Part shown: positions 8,435-18,375 of the stretch, in pieces
Numbering within the stretch: the stretch's first letter is position 1
How the letters are laid out: each line of letters starts with the position of its first letter
Assembly: GCA_043750125.1 (NCBI GenBank)
Contig: JAYVCD010000066.1
Span: forward strand, 1 to 47,338
Length of the DNA: 47,338 nucleotides
From: Archangiaceae bacterium
Lineage (GTDB): Bacteria > Myxococcota > Myxococcia > Myxococcales > Myxococcaceae
Reading direction: 5' to 3'
The notes under the pieces: model-generated
Told to the model about the DNA's origin: nothing
What the model saw: only the letters and a program-made list of their open reading frames with translations
Database searches by the model: none
Position numbers and translations under genes: made by a program

Positions 8435-9106
8435 TCACTGCCCGATCGGCTTGGCCACTTGCGCAGCCTGCTGCTCCATCTGGGTTTTGTATTGGAAATA
8501 GAGGGACAACACTTTTCGCACGTACGCCTGGGTCTCGGCGTAGGGCGGCACCTGGCCGTTGTACTTCTTCACCGCGTCGGGCCCAGCGTTGTACCCCGCC
8601 ACCATCTTCACCATGTCACCGTCGAACTCATTGGCCAGCACGCGAAGGTATCGCACTCCCCCCTCGATGTTGTCCTTCGGGTCGAAGATGTCTTTGACGT
8701 ACATCTCTTGCGCCGTGGGGGGCATCAGCTGCATCAGCCCCGACGCTCCGACCACCGAGACCGCCTGGGGATCAAAAGCCGACTCGGCATGCATCACCGC
8801 GCGCACCAGCGCCGCTGGAATCCGGTACCGAATCGCGGCCTCATCGATGTACCCGTCGTACGAGCTTGCCTTCTGAGTCGAGGAGTCACTGACCCGGGCA
8901 GGCGCGGTGGGCAAAGGCGCCGGCCGAAACTCGCCTTCGATTCTCCGGGCTTTGGCCGCCTTCGGGCCCGAGGGCGAAACGTTGGTGTAGACGATGGTCC
9001 CGTCTTTCTCGACGTACTTGTAGATGCTTCCGCCGGCCCACGCGCAAGGCGAGGCCAGCAACGCCAGAAAAATGAGGCAACGCACGCGGAGGGGGGACCC
9101 GTTCAA
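8435..9106 (-). CDS. Lytic transglycosylase (SLT domain) with N-terminal DUF4124-like domain
   Basis: Signal peptide, IYKYVEKDGTIVYTN, AVMHAESAFDPQAVS, GASGLMQLMP, AGYNAGP, ETQAYVRKV. Confidence 0.93.
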   Translation of the reverse strand: MNGSPLRVRCLIFLALLASPCAWAGGSIYKYVEKDGTIVYTNVSPSGPKAAKARRIEGEFRPAPLPTAPARVSDSSTQKASSYDGYIDEAAIRYRIPAALVRAVMHAESAFDPQAVSVVGASGLMQLMPPTAQEMYVKDIFDPKDNIEGGVRYLRVLANEFDGDMVKMVAGYNAGPDAVKKYNGQVPPYAETQAYVRKVLSLYFQYKTQMEQQAAQVAKPIGQ

Positions 9107-9192
9107 AACGGTGTTCAGCGTACCCTCACCGCAGGGGTGCGTCCAAAACCCCCGGTGCTGATATGCGGATGCCCGGAGCGAACCTTCAAGCC

Positions 9193-10773
9193 ATGGCCCA
9201 TTCCTTCGACTTCCTTGTCCTCGGCGGCGGAATCGCCGGTCTTACCTACGCGCTCGAAGCGAGCAAGCACGGCTCGGTCGCGGTGCTCACCAAGCGCGCG
9301 CGCGATGAGAGCAATACCGTCTATGCCCAGGGCGGCATCGCCTCAGTCCTGGCCGCAGACGACTCGTTCGAGCTGCACATCGAGGACACGCTCGTTGCCG
9401 GGGCGGGGCTCTGTCATTCCGACGCCGTCGCCGTGACGGTCCAGGAAGGGCCGCAACGGCTCAAAGCCCTGGTCGCCCTGGGCGCCGAGTTCAACCGCAA
9501 GGCCACCGGCGAGTTCGATCTGACCCGCGAAGGCGGACACTCGCGGCGGCGCATCGTCCACGCCGGAGACGTGACCGGCCGGGAAGTCATCCGCGCGCTG
9601 TTGGCCGCCTGCGACGACGCGAAGAACATCACCTTCTTTCCGAACACCACCGCGATCGATCTGCTCGTCGATCGCACCCAGCCCCGGGGCAAGGCCCGCG
9701 CACGAGGCGCCTACGTGTTGCAGCCCGACGGCCAGATCGAGACCTTCCTCTCGAAGTTCACCGTCCTGGCGACAGGCGGCGCGGGCAAGGTCTACCTCTA
9801 CACCACCAACCCCGACGTGGCGTCCGGCGACGGGGTCGCGATGGCGTACCGGGCCGGCGCGCAGATCGCCAACATGGAATTCTACCAGTTCCACCCCACC
9901 TGCCTGTTTCACCCCGAGGCGAAGAGCTTCCTCATCTCTGAAGCCCTGCGCGGCGAAGGGGGCCGCCTGCGGCTCAAGAGCGGAGAGCCCTTCATGGAGC
10001 GCTACCACCCGATGGGCGCGTTGGCTCCTCGCGACGTCGTGGCGCGCGCGATCGACGCCGAGCTGAAGCTCACCGGCGATCAGCACGTGGTCCTCGACAT
10101 GACCCACCTGGGCCGCAAGTACCTCGTCGACCGTTTTCCCAACATCTATGCGACCTGCCGCGAGTTCGGCATCGACATGGCGGTGCAGCCCATTCCCGTC
10201 GTCCCTGCCGCCCACTACATGTGCGGTGGAGTCGTCGCCGATCTTCGTGGCCAGACGTCCATTCCCGGGTTGTTCGCGATCGGCGAGGTCTCGTGCACCG
10301 GGCTTCACGGGGCCAATCGGCTCGCGTCCAACTCGCTGCTCGAAGGCCTGGTGTTCGGGTACCGCGCTGCGCAGGCCGGCGCCGAAGAGCTGAAGAGCGT
10401 CGCCGCTCCGGGGCCGCTGCCCGAATGGGACCCCGGCACGGCCGTCGCTTCGGACGAAAGCGTCGTTGTCAGCCACAACTGGGAAGAGATTCGCCGGCTG
10501 ATGTGGAACTACGTGGGCATCGTCCGCACCGGAAAACGGCTGGCCCGCGCGCGCCGTCGGCTCGATCTGCTGCGCGAAGAAATTCGCGAGTACTACTGGA
10601 GCTTCAAGGTCACCCGAGACGTGATCGAGCTGCGAAACATCGCCGACGTGGCGTTGCTGATCGTCGAATGCGCGACCCGGCGCAAAGAGAGCCGCGGGCT
10701 GCACTACACCCTCGACTACCCCGCGCTGGATGATCACAACTGGCTGCACGACACCGTGGTCACCCACCCATGA
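9193..10773 (+). CDS. nadB: L-aspartate oxidase
   Basis: GGGIAGL, AQGGIA, REGGHSRRRIVHAGD, MEFYQFHPT, LISEALRGEG, GLHGANRLASNSLLE, RKESRGLHY. Confidence 0.96.
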   Translation: MAHSFDFLVLGGGIAGLTYALEASKHGSVAVLTKRARDESNTVYAQGGIASVLAADDSFELHIEDTLVAGAGLCHSDAVAVTVQEGPQRLKALVALGAEFNRKATGEFDLTREGGHSRRRIVHAGDVTGREVIRALLAACDDAKNITFFPNTTAIDLLVDRTQPRGKARARGAYVLQPDGQIETFLSKFTVLATGGAGKVYLYTTNPDVASGDGVAMAYRAGAQIANMEFYQFHPTCLFHPEAKSFLISEALRGEGGRLRLKSGEPFMERYHPMGALAPRDVVARAIDAELKLTGDQHVVLDMTHLGRKYLVDRFPNIYATCREFGIDMAVQPIPVVPAAHYMCGGVVADLRGQTSIPGLFAIGEVSCTGLHGANRLASNSLLEGLVFGYRAAQAGAEELKSVAAPGPLPEWDPGTAVASDESVVVSHNWEEIRRLMWNYVGIVRTGKRLARARRRLDLLREEIREYYWSFKVTRDVIELRNIADVALLIVECATRRKESRGLHYTLDYPALDDHNWLHDTVVTHP

Positions 10774-11411
10774 CTCCCGCGCCCGCGGCGACGCTCGCGC
10801 CCCCCCTGCCGATTCCCTGGGTCTGTTACGCCGTGCTGGGTGGCAGCGTCGGCGTCTTTGGAATCGATGCGCTGCTGACCCAGGGACAGCTCAAGTCGGC
10901 GCTGTTGCTCTACGGCCCGGCGGTTGTCGCGGGACAGTGGTGGCGGCCATTCACCACGCTGTTCGTGCACGGAAACCTGATTCACCTGGTCTTCAACATG
11001 ATGGCGGTGTGGTCGCTGGGACGCGACGTAGAGCGCAGCATCGGCAGCTTCCGATTCATGATCGCCTCGCTCGTCGGAGCGATGGGCAGCGCGTTTGCCG
11101 TCCTGGTGTGGAACTTCGATCAGCCCACCGTGGGCGCTTCGGGAATGATCCTCGCCTGGGCCGGCGCGCTGCTGCCCATCGTCAACCAGTCCGCCCGACG
11201 CCAGCTGGGAATCTGGCTCGCCCAGGTCGCCTTGATCAGCTTGTTGCCAATGGTCAGCGGCGCCGGCCACGTCGGTGGATTTCTCTTCGGGTTGCCCTGC
11301 GGGTGGCTGATGCGCCGGCCCCGCGCGTTGTTTCAGACCGTGGCCCCCATCCTCGTCTTTATGGCCGCGACCCTGCTGTACCTGGTGGGATCTGGACGGC
11401 TGAAGATTTGA
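10770..11411 (+). CDS. Rhomboid family intramembrane serine protease
   Basis: QWWRPFTTLFVHGNLIHLVFNM, VGASG (catalytic Ser), GHVGG (catalytic His). Confidence 0.93.
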   Translation: MTPAPAATLAPPLPIPWVCYAVLGGSVGVFGIDALLTQGQLKSALLLYGPAVVAGQWWRPFTTLFVHGNLIHLVFNMMAVWSLGRDVERSIGSFRFMIASLVGAMGSAFAVLVWNFDQPTVGASGMILAWAGALLPIVNQSARRQLGIWLAQVALISLLPMVSGAGHVGGFLFGLPCGWLMRRPRALFQTVAPILVFMAATLLYLVGSGRLKI

Positions 11412-12019
11412 AACCCGTCACTCCCAAGACGCTGAAGTGGGTGGGCGTGTACTGCGGGTCACGGGACGGGGCGCGACCCATCTACCGTGAGGCCGCGACC
11501 GAGCTGGGCCGGGTGCTGGCGAAAAACAGCCTCGGACTGGTGTACGGCGGCGCCCATTCGGGGTTGATGGGAGCGGTCGCCGACGGCGTCCTGCGCGGGG
11601 GACAGAGCGTGACCGGAGTTCTTCCCCGGGGGCTGGCGCGTGCCGAGTTCGCCCACCCGAAGCTCACGACCCTGCACCTGGTCGAGTCGATGCACGAACG
11701 AAAGGCGCTGATGGAAAAGCTGTCCGACGCGTTCGTCGCGATGCCTGGGGGCTTTGGCACCCTCGACGAGCTGTTCGAGATTCTCACCTGGGCGCAGGTG
11801 GGGCTCCACGCGAAGCCGGTCGGCCTGCTCAACGTCGACGGCTATTGGGATCCTCTCGAAGAGCAGATCCACCGCAGCTTCGAAGAAGGGTTCATTCCCT
11901 CGAACCTGTTGACCGCGCTGGTGGTCGAGAAGACCCCCGAGGCGTTGATCGACAGGCTGCTGCTCCACCAGCCGCCCGCATCGGCGATCACGTGGATCCG
12001 CCCGTCAGGCGGTCACTGA
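11408..12019 (+). CDS. LOG family protein (cytokinin riboside 5'-monophosphate phosphoribohydrolase-like)
   Basis: VGVYCGS, LVYGGAHSGLMG, SMHERKALM, PGGFGTLDELFE. TTG start at 11408 overlaps the rhomboid stop. Confidence 0.93.
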   Translation: MKPVTPKTLKWVGVYCGSRDGARPIYREAATELGRVLAKNSLGLVYGGAHSGLMGAVADGVLRGGQSVTGVLPRGLARAEFAHPKLTTLHLVESMHERKALMEKLSDAFVAMPGGFGTLDELFEILTWAQVGLHAKPVGLLNVDGYWDPLEEQIHRSFEEGFIPSNLLTALVVEKTPEALIDRLLLHQPPASAITWIRPSGGH

Positions 12020-12792
12020 ATACATTTGCCGCCGGCGCCGCTCGAGGAACAAACGCTGCCCACCTTGCACGTCAGGCCCGGGCAACAAGGAGCGATCAGC
12101 GTCCCCGAGCTCGTATCCAGACAGCCGGTTTCGCCCGACGGTTTGCACGCTGCCGGAAATGCAAGCCCGGCTGAATCGAACTCGGACTTGGTGATGCACC
12201 GGTTGGTGGCGCCCGCCGAGCAGGAACAGCTGCCGCCTGCCCCCAGGGGAACGCAGCTTCGCGCCGACCCCATCCACCCGGGACCCGCTGCAGAGCACGA
12301 CAAGCCACCGCCCGCTCCACCCCCGTTTCCCGTTGGAAGTGCGCGCTGCGCAGTGAACCGGCAAATCTTCTTCGCGTCGACCGCGCTGCAGCACTCGTCA
12401 CCGGCCCGAATCACCGTGTTGCCACAGAAGACGCCGGGATTTCCGCTGAACATCAACGTCTCGTCGATATCCGTGCTCGAGTTCACCAACCCGAGAGTCG
12501 ATTCGCCGCAGCAGAACTTCGCCGCCGTATTGGGGGGACACGTGCCGATTCCCCGCGCGAGGCACTTCTTGCCCAGTCCTCCCCCCGCGGTCGGGCATTG
12601 GCTCAGGCCGCCTGAAGGCGAATCGTCGCAACAGGTGGTGCCCTCTTCGATGCACCCCGGGCCGCAATCGATCGTCCGCGGAGGGCAATGGGTCGCCAGC
12701 CCTTCCAGCGGCGGGCCCCACCCGCACTGCAGGCCCATCGAGCCGAACGCGACGAGCAGCAACAGCAGAGCGGGAAGCGGTCGACGCAGCAT
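12013..12792 (-). CDS. Cys-rich exported/lipoprotein of unknown function
   Basis: MLRRPLPALLLLLVAFGSMGLQC; 27 Cys in 259 aa; start overlaps the upstream stop (TGATG). Confidence 0.75.
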   Translation of the reverse strand: MLRRPLPALLLLLVAFGSMGLQCGWGPPLEGLATHCPPRTIDCGPGCIEEGTTCCDDSPSGGLSQCPTAGGGLGKKCLARGIGTCPPNTAAKFCCGESTLGLVNSSTDIDETLMFSGNPGVFCGNTVIRAGDECCSAVDAKKICRFTAQRALPTGNGGGAGGGLSCSAAGPGWMGSARSCVPLGAGGSCSCSAGATNRCITKSEFDSAGLAFPAACKPSGETGCLDTSSGTLIAPCCPGLTCKVGSVCSSSGAGGKCIQ

Positions 12793-13781
12793 CAGTACTC
12801 CACGCCAAACCCGGCGCCGAGCGTCGGGACCACCACGAGGGGGTTGGCAAAAAAGTTCGCGTACACGCTGGCCGTCAACAGCTTGACCTTCACCCGCACC
12901 GGCCCGACGGGAAAAGAGAACCCCAGTACCTGGGTCGCGAGCTCGACCGCCACATTCAGGCGGCTGGGGTACAGCAGCAGCCCCAGATCGAAGCCGAACT
13001 CGATCCTCCAGCGTCGAATCACCGGACCAAACTGAATTCGAAATGCCGCGCCCACCCCCCACAGTCGCCCCGGGAAGAGAGTGACGACCGCGCTCAATTG
13101 TCGACCTCCCCGTTGGCTTTCCAGGGTGCCTTCGACCCCGGCACCGAGCACTTCGTCCAGCGGGTTGTAGAGCAGACGCATTCCGGCCCCGAAGTGCAGC
13201 CCGTCGTCGGGGTTGGGCGGCTCAGGCTCTGGCTCCTTGACGATTGTAGAAGGCGCCGGCCGGCCCGTTACGGGAGCAGGCAGCGGCGGGGCGGAAAATC
13301 CTGATTCGCGAGGGACAGTCAACATCGGCGGTGGGGGCAGTGCCTCCGGCTCGGCTGAGGCAGAGGGCGCTGCGGGCAGCCCGGTGGGACTGGCCCACTC
13401 GGAAAGATCCGCTCGGGCCTCGAGCCGGGCTTTGGTCTCGGCTCGAATGACTTCCGCGCTGGCCGCAATCTCGGGCCGGGTGCCAAAGGGAATTGCGAGG
13501 CCCGGGTCGAGCTCGAAGGCATCGGCGAACGAAGCGGTCGCTCCAATCTTTTCGCCCAACTTCGAGAGCGCCAGCCCGATGTAGAGGTGCGCGTGGGCAC
13601 GCGTGGCGACCGTCGCTTCGCTGGACGCGGCCACCGCGCGCAGGGCCTTGACCGCCTGTTCGGACTTCTTGGCGTCGTAGAGCCCGATGGCGAGATTCAG
13701 GTCCTCGACCGGGTCCGCCCACGCTGGCAACGCGAGGACCGCCAACATCCCACCCAGTCGCCAAAGTTTTCCGCCCCTCAT
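12792..13781 (-). CDS. Exported TPR + Pro-rich linker + C-terminal beta-strand (outer-membrane-like) protein
   Basis: Signal ...LAVLALPAWA-DP, TPR (AHLYIGLALSKLG...FADAFELDP), Pro-rich linker, beta-signal-like end GAGFGVEY. Start uncertain. Confidence 0.7.
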   Translation of the reverse strand: MRGGKLWRLGGMLAVLALPAWADPVEDLNLAIGLYDAKKSEQAVKALRAVAASSEATVATRAHAHLYIGLALSKLGEKIGATASFADAFELDPGLAIPFGTRPEIAASAEVIRAETKARLEARADLSEWASPTGLPAAPSASAEPEALPPPPMLTVPRESGFSAPPLPAPVTGRPAPSTIVKEPEPEPPNPDDGLHFGAGMRLLYNPLDEVLGAGVEGTLESQRGGRQLSAVVTLFPGRLWGVGAAFRIQFGPVIRRWRIEFGFDLGLLLYPSRLNVAVELATQVLGFSFPVGPVRVKVKLLTASVYANFFANPLVVVPTLGAGFGVEY

Positions 13782-13813
13782 CCTCCAAAAGTATAGGCGA
13801 TACTCGTCACTCC

Positions 13814-15109
13814 GTGCCCCCGCCCAGATCCAGGCCAGGTGACACCACCGACCCGCGCTCGTTGAATGACGACGACGAGGGCGAGGCCGTCGCGCCCACC
13901 CGTGAGCGCACCCGGCCACAATTTCCCGACACCTCACCCAGCAACCCACGTCTGGTGCGCGATCCCCTGATCGACACCGCCGTCAGCGGTTTCCAGGTCG
14001 AAGGAGTGCTCGGGCGCGGCGCGGCCGGCATCGTCTACACCGCGCGTCAGCTGAGCACCGGGCGGAAGACGGCCTTCAAGGTGCTCAAGCCCGAGTTCGC
14101 CGAAGAGCCCGAATACATCCGTCGGCTGATCGAAGAGGCGAAGGCGCTCAGCGCTCTGCGTCACCCGGGAATCATCGACATCATCGATTTCGGTGCCCTT
14201 CCCAACGGACAGCCGTACCTGGTGATGGAGCTGTGCGACGGACTTTCCCTCGAGGACCAGCTGAAGCTCGGCGGAAAGCCAACCTTGCGCGAGACGCTTG
14301 GGCTGCTCGATGAGCTGCTCAGCGCGTTGGCGGTGGCCCATGAGCGCGGAATCATTCACCGGGACGTGAAGCCCTCGAACCTGTTTCTGGCGACCAACGA
14401 CGATGGCACCCAATCGCTGAAGGTCCTCGATTTCGGGCTCGCTCGATTTGGTGATCGTCGCCGGAGCATGCGCCCGACGATGCCGGGCGCGATCCTCGGC
14501 ACCCCCGACTACATGGCCCCCGAGCAGATCCTCGGCAAAGAAGTGGGCCCCTGGACGGACATCTATGCCACCGGAGGACTCGCGTTTCGCCTGCTCACCG
14601 GTGAGCTGCCGTTCATCGGGACCAGCGGGATCGCGGTCATCACCAACAAGATGGAGTCCCCTCCTCCGCATTCGCGCGACCTGGATCCCCAGATTTCCGG
14701 CGAGCTCGACGCGCTGGTGCACCAGATGATGTCGCCGGACCCCGCGAGAAGACCGAGCCTTCCCGAGGTGCGCGCGCGTTTGACTGCGCATCGGAAGTCG
14801 CTCGATCGCGGGCCGACGCCATTTACGGATCAAGACCCTTCGTTTCGGCCGACCACCTTCCATCAGTTCGACGACCAGGTCGCCTGGCGACGGGTCGCCA
14901 AGACTCAGATCAACAGCCATCCTCCGCACCTGGCCGACTCACGACCGACCGAGCTCCAACCGCAGCTGACGCCCCCCACGACCGAGCTCGTCCCCGCGCA
15001 TGTTCCTGCTAAGCGCGCCGACTCTCCGGTTTGGTTGAAAGTGCTCGGGCTGCTGCTGGTCTTTCTCGGCGCCGCCGGGGCCGCGTTGTTGTGGCTCGGA
15101 CGTAACTAA
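13814..15109 (+). CDS. Hanks-type Ser/Thr protein kinase with C-terminal TM helix
   Basis: LGRGAAGIVY, AFKVLK, IIHRDVKPSN, VLDFGLA, GTPDYMAPEQ, DIYATG; C-terminal hydrophobic helix. Confidence 0.95.
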   Translation: MPPPRSRPGDTTDPRSLNDDDEGEAVAPTRERTRPQFPDTSPSNPRLVRDPLIDTAVSGFQVEGVLGRGAAGIVYTARQLSTGRKTAFKVLKPEFAEEPEYIRRLIEEAKALSALRHPGIIDIIDFGALPNGQPYLVMELCDGLSLEDQLKLGGKPTLRETLGLLDELLSALAVAHERGIIHRDVKPSNLFLATNDDGTQSLKVLDFGLARFGDRRRSMRPTMPGAILGTPDYMAPEQILGKEVGPWTDIYATGGLAFRLLTGELPFIGTSGIAVITNKMESPPPHSRDLDPQISGELDALVHQMMSPDPARRPSLPEVRARLTAHRKSLDRGPTPFTDQDPSFRPTTFHQFDDQVAWRRVAKTQINSHPPHLADSRPTELQPQLTPPTTELVPAHVPAKRADSPVWLKVLGLLLVFLGAAGAALLWLGRN

Positions 15110-15131
15110 AGGCCGGCGCACGCGTCCGGTT

Positions 15132-15932
15132 TCAGGGGCGCCCCCAGCGGCTGCGCATCCGTAGAATCCAGAAGGCCAACATGCTGACCAGGGCTGTCGC
15201 TGCGGCTGCGAACGGCACCGGTTGGTCCAAGAGCAGATCAATCGTTCGCGGAAAGAAGTGACTGTTCGTCGGGATCGGCGCCCGGATGATGATCGGCGCG
15301 CTGTACGCACTCATCTTGCCGTCGGTTCGCAGCGCAGCCACACGGACTCTTACTTTCGGAGCCACCCAGACATAATTTTTCCTGCAGTCGATGTAACCAA
15401 TGTCCAGATAGGCCGGAACTTCCGGCGGCTCTCCCCAGTATTGACCCCGTCGCCCAGGGACAATCAGCGTTTGCGGAATGCCGTCGGGAAGATCCTGCAC
15501 TTCAATCTGGTAGGCATCGGCTGCTGTGGGAACGGTGAGCACCACCGCCTGAACCGGATCCGGCGAACCGTGCGAGTAGCGGTAGATTTGCCCTACCACT
15601 GGCGGAGGAACCTCAGAAGGGTCCTGCCCTATCACCCGGTACGGGCCAAACTTGTTCTTGCTGCCACGAGGCCCCTGGACGGTTTCGAGGGTAAAACTCG
15701 TTCTCTCGGGCGCCACGATCTTCACTCCGTACGGAACCTGAACGAAGGGCAAATCCACGCCACGTTCGTCGACCACGCGAACAACGTTCTCCGCGTAGAG
15801 CGTCGGGTTTGGGAGGACCTTCCCTTCTGCCGGAAATGCGTAGGGATTGCTGGCGGCGCATGAGCCCAATGCCTCCCGTGCGCCCAATGACATGAGCAGG
15901 CAGGCTGCGATGGAAATGGGCTTTACGGGCAT
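15132..15932 (-). CDS. Exported protein with C-terminal membrane anchor, unknown function
   Basis: MPVKPISIAACLLMSLGAREALG signal; C-terminal FAAAATALVSMLAFWILRMRSR; overlaps the upstream stop by 10 nt. Confidence 0.65.
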   Translation of the reverse strand: MPVKPISIAACLLMSLGAREALGSCAASNPYAFPAEGKVLPNPTLYAENVVRVVDERGVDLPFVQVPYGVKIVAPERTSFTLETVQGPRGSKNKFGPYRVIGQDPSEVPPPVVGQIYRYSHGSPDPVQAVVLTVPTAADAYQIEVQDLPDGIPQTLIVPGRRGQYWGEPPEVPAYLDIGYIDCRKNYVWVAPKVRVRVAALRTDGKMSAYSAPIIIRAPIPTNSHFFPRTIDLLLDQPVPFAAAATALVSMLAFWILRMRSRWGRP

Positions 15933-17302
15933 TCCGGAGGTTTCGACGAGCACGTGTCGCTGGGACGATAGGGCCCGGGGCACAGCCTGTCGTTTTTGGG
16001 AGCGTCTGCAGGACAGGTCTTGCAGCAATTGAAGTCCTCCGAGCCTACGGCTGTGCCTTCGCAAGTCTTGCTCGAGGAATTTTCACAGGTCTCGCATCGA
16101 GCGTTGACCCCCACGCCACCATGGCAAAAGGCATTGTCAGGACACGCTGCGCTCTTCAGCTCGGTCTTGATGCCGCAACTCTTCTTTTCCGAGGTCGACC
16201 CGGCGCAGTGGACGCAGTCCAGGTTGTCGCTTGGAAAAGGAGTGCCGGCACCGAAGCCACCGAAATTGATGCAACCGACGCAGTAGCGCGCACACGAATA
16301 GATCGGGTCGATGCCATCTTCATGATGGGCACCTTGCTCGGCCTTAGCCAAGTGCATCAACTCGTGTAACACGGTGCTGCACGCTTCGTCGGCGCTCCAG
16401 GTATCGAGCCTTGAACCATTGAAGTTCGTTTGCCCCTTGTAGGGCCCAAACGCCGGGAGTGTGGAGGCCAACGCATCGGTGCAAGGGTTGTTGCATCCGT
16501 ACTGCAAATCATCGCCGAGCAAATGCGCCTCGACTTGCTTCTTCATCGAAGAGTTTGTCCGGCCTACGCAGTCGAGCTTCTTTCGCGCGCACTCGAAAGC
16601 TGCCCCCAGTTTTTTACTTCGGGCCGGATCGCATTTCACATTGGGGTGGTTCGAAAATCCGGGCGGCGATCCCCCTTGCCACAAACCAAATTCTGTCGGG
16701 AAGTTGGTGTTCCCATCGCATTCGACATGCGTCCCCTGATCTGAGCTCGCCGCGCGCACCCACCGACGCGAGACCACCAGCCCACCCGGCCCCGCGTCAG
16801 AGGCACCGGCATCGAAGTATTCGGTCGCTTCAATGTCTCCCCCGTCGCGAAACTCGTCGATGCGACGTTCGAAGGCGCGGTCATGGTCGGAATCGAACTC
16901 AGTGATGCGGTGACCGTCGGGGAACTCTTCGTCCACAATCGCCGGTGCCCCGTAGTTCTGGTACCAGTACGTGTAGCGAACGCGTCCGTCGGCGAAGTGC
17001 TCGATCTTGAAGTCGAGAGGACCGCCATTGGTCTCCTGGATCCACGTCTGGGTACCGTCGGCTGAGCGCAGACAGAGCGTCTCTCGAACCCCATCGCCGT
17101 CGAGATCCGCCGCCTCGCAGCGCTTCGCTTTCCCGAGCTCGACCAGGTACCGCAGCGTGCCCGCATCGACCAGGCCTTCCCACGCAGAGACGTCAATCGG
17201 CACGGCAGTGTCCGGGTTGAAAACACCGCCATCGAGACTGTTTCGTGAGCCGCACCCGACCAGCAGGCCCAGGACGAGCAAAGAGGCAATGAGTCTGTTC
17301 AT
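15923..17302 (-). CDS. Cys-rich lipoprotein with HExxH zincin-like motif
   Basis: Lipobox LLVGC, DLDGDG Ca-binding-like loop, STVLHELMHLA, about 27 Cys concentrated in the C-terminal part. Confidence 0.75.
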   Translation of the reverse strand: MNRLIASLLVLGLLVGCGSRNSLDGGVFNPDTAVPIDVSAWEGLVDAGTLRYLVELGKAKRCEAADLDGDGVRETLCLRSADGTQTWIQETNGGPLDFKIEHFADGRVRYTYWYQNYGAPAIVDEEFPDGHRITEFDSDHDRAFERRIDEFRDGGDIEATEYFDAGASDAGPGGLVVSRRWVRAASSDQGTHVECDGNTNFPTEFGLWQGGSPPGFSNHPNVKCDPARSKKLGAAFECARKKLDCVGRTNSSMKKQVEAHLLGDDLQYGCNNPCTDALASTLPAFGPYKGQTNFNGSRLDTWSADEACSTVLHELMHLAKAEQGAHHEDGIDPIYSCARYCVGCINFGGFGAGTPFPSDNLDCVHCAGSTSEKKSCGIKTELKSAACPDNAFCHGGVGVNARCETCENSSSKTCEGTAVGSEDFNCCKTCPADAPKNDRLCPGPYRPSDTCSSKPPECP

Positions 17303-18318
17303 TGGAAGTCGAACTGCGCGCGGGTGGAACTGCCTTTGAGGCCGACCGACCCCGAGACCGTGGTGGTCCCAGTCGGAAAGTCCACCACCAGCTCGGCGTA
17401 ACCCGAGACGTAGATCTCGGCGAGTTGCTCGAACAGCGTGGGAAGCGCGTCTCGGGACACGAGGGTAATCAACCCCCCGGTCGCAGCAGAGCAGCGGCGC
17501 AAGTCGTTGTACGCCCGAGGGGCCAGATAGGGAGTGCTGCCTCCGTCGACCTGCCCATACCCGACCGCATCGAACGGTACGCCCAGCGAAACGCCTGCAT
17601 CGAGGCCCTGACTCAGGCTGAAGGTGGAATCGGTGTCCTCTCCATCCGAGACGATCAACAGCCGCACCGGCACACCCCCATCAGGGAAGCTGAAGCGGCG
17701 CTCGCCGACCGCGGTGTCCGGCACCGCGTACAAAGCGTCGTAGAGGTAGGTGCCGCCCCCCGACTTCAGAAGGTCGGCCCCCGATTCCAGGTCCTGAACC
17801 CGCGAGGTGTAGCCGGCGATCAACCGGGTGGAACGGAAGCTGTTGATCGAAACAGGTCCGAAATCGAACAGACCCACCCGCCACTTCGGCGCGCGGTCCA
17901 ACAGCACGCGAACCAAATTCTTCACCGCCCCCTTTCGTTTGCCTTCCGGGTCCGTGGGGCAGCCGGTGCAGACTTTCGGCAACGCCGAGTTGGAACCTGA
18001 ATCGTCGACGACGATCGCAAGCACACCTTCTTTGCTGCCGGGCACCACCCGCGCGCTGACAATCGCGCAGGGCCCTGCCGAACATTGAACGTCGAAGTCT
18101 TCCGCAACCGGCGTTCGGTAGAACCCCTGCCCTGCGGTGGTCGCCACGAACACCGAGAAGGTTCGCGCGCTCAGGCCGCCGTCGGTCAACCGCGGCGGCG
18201 GTTGGGCGCCGACCACCGCAGGGTAGAAGGCGCCCGGCGGTGGAAGAGCGGTCGAGTTCCCACAGCCCAGCGCTGCGACCGCCAGCACCCAGACACCCAC
18301 CCGGCGCGCGTCGTTCAT
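17299..18318 (-). CDS. VWA-domain lipoprotein
   Basis: Lipobox ALGC; MIDAS IVVDDSGS, GGTYLYDAL, LLIVSDGED, ATGG. Confidence 0.85.
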   Translation of the reverse strand: MNDARRVGVWVLAVAALGCGNSTALPPPGAFYPAVVGAQPPPRLTDGGLSARTFSVFVATTAGQGFYRTPVAEDFDVQCSAGPCAIVSARVVPGSKEGVLAIVVDDSGSNSALPKVCTGCPTDPEGKRKGAVKNLVRVLLDRAPKWRVGLFDFGPVSINSFRSTRLIAGYTSRVQDLESGADLLKSGGGTYLYDALYAVPDTAVGERRFSFPDGGVPVRLLIVSDGEDTDSTFSLSQGLDAGVSLGVPFDAVGYGQVDGGSTPYLAPRAYNDLRRCSAATGGLITLVSRDALPTLFEQLAEIYVSGYAELVVDFPTGTTTVSGSVGLKGSSTRAQFDFQ

Positions 18319-18375
18319 GGGGCGGCACTGTGTTCGCCCCGTCGCCCAAACACCACCTTCAAGACAGCCGTTCGC

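Noticed and set aside
10730-11407. Long N-terminal extension of the LOG ORF
   Set aside because: Overlaps the rhomboid gene out of frame; LOG homology starts at about 11408.
15923-17302. Multiheme cytochrome call for the Cys-rich HExxH protein
   Set aside because: It has CxxC pairs (CVHC, CVGC, CETC) but no CxxCH motif.
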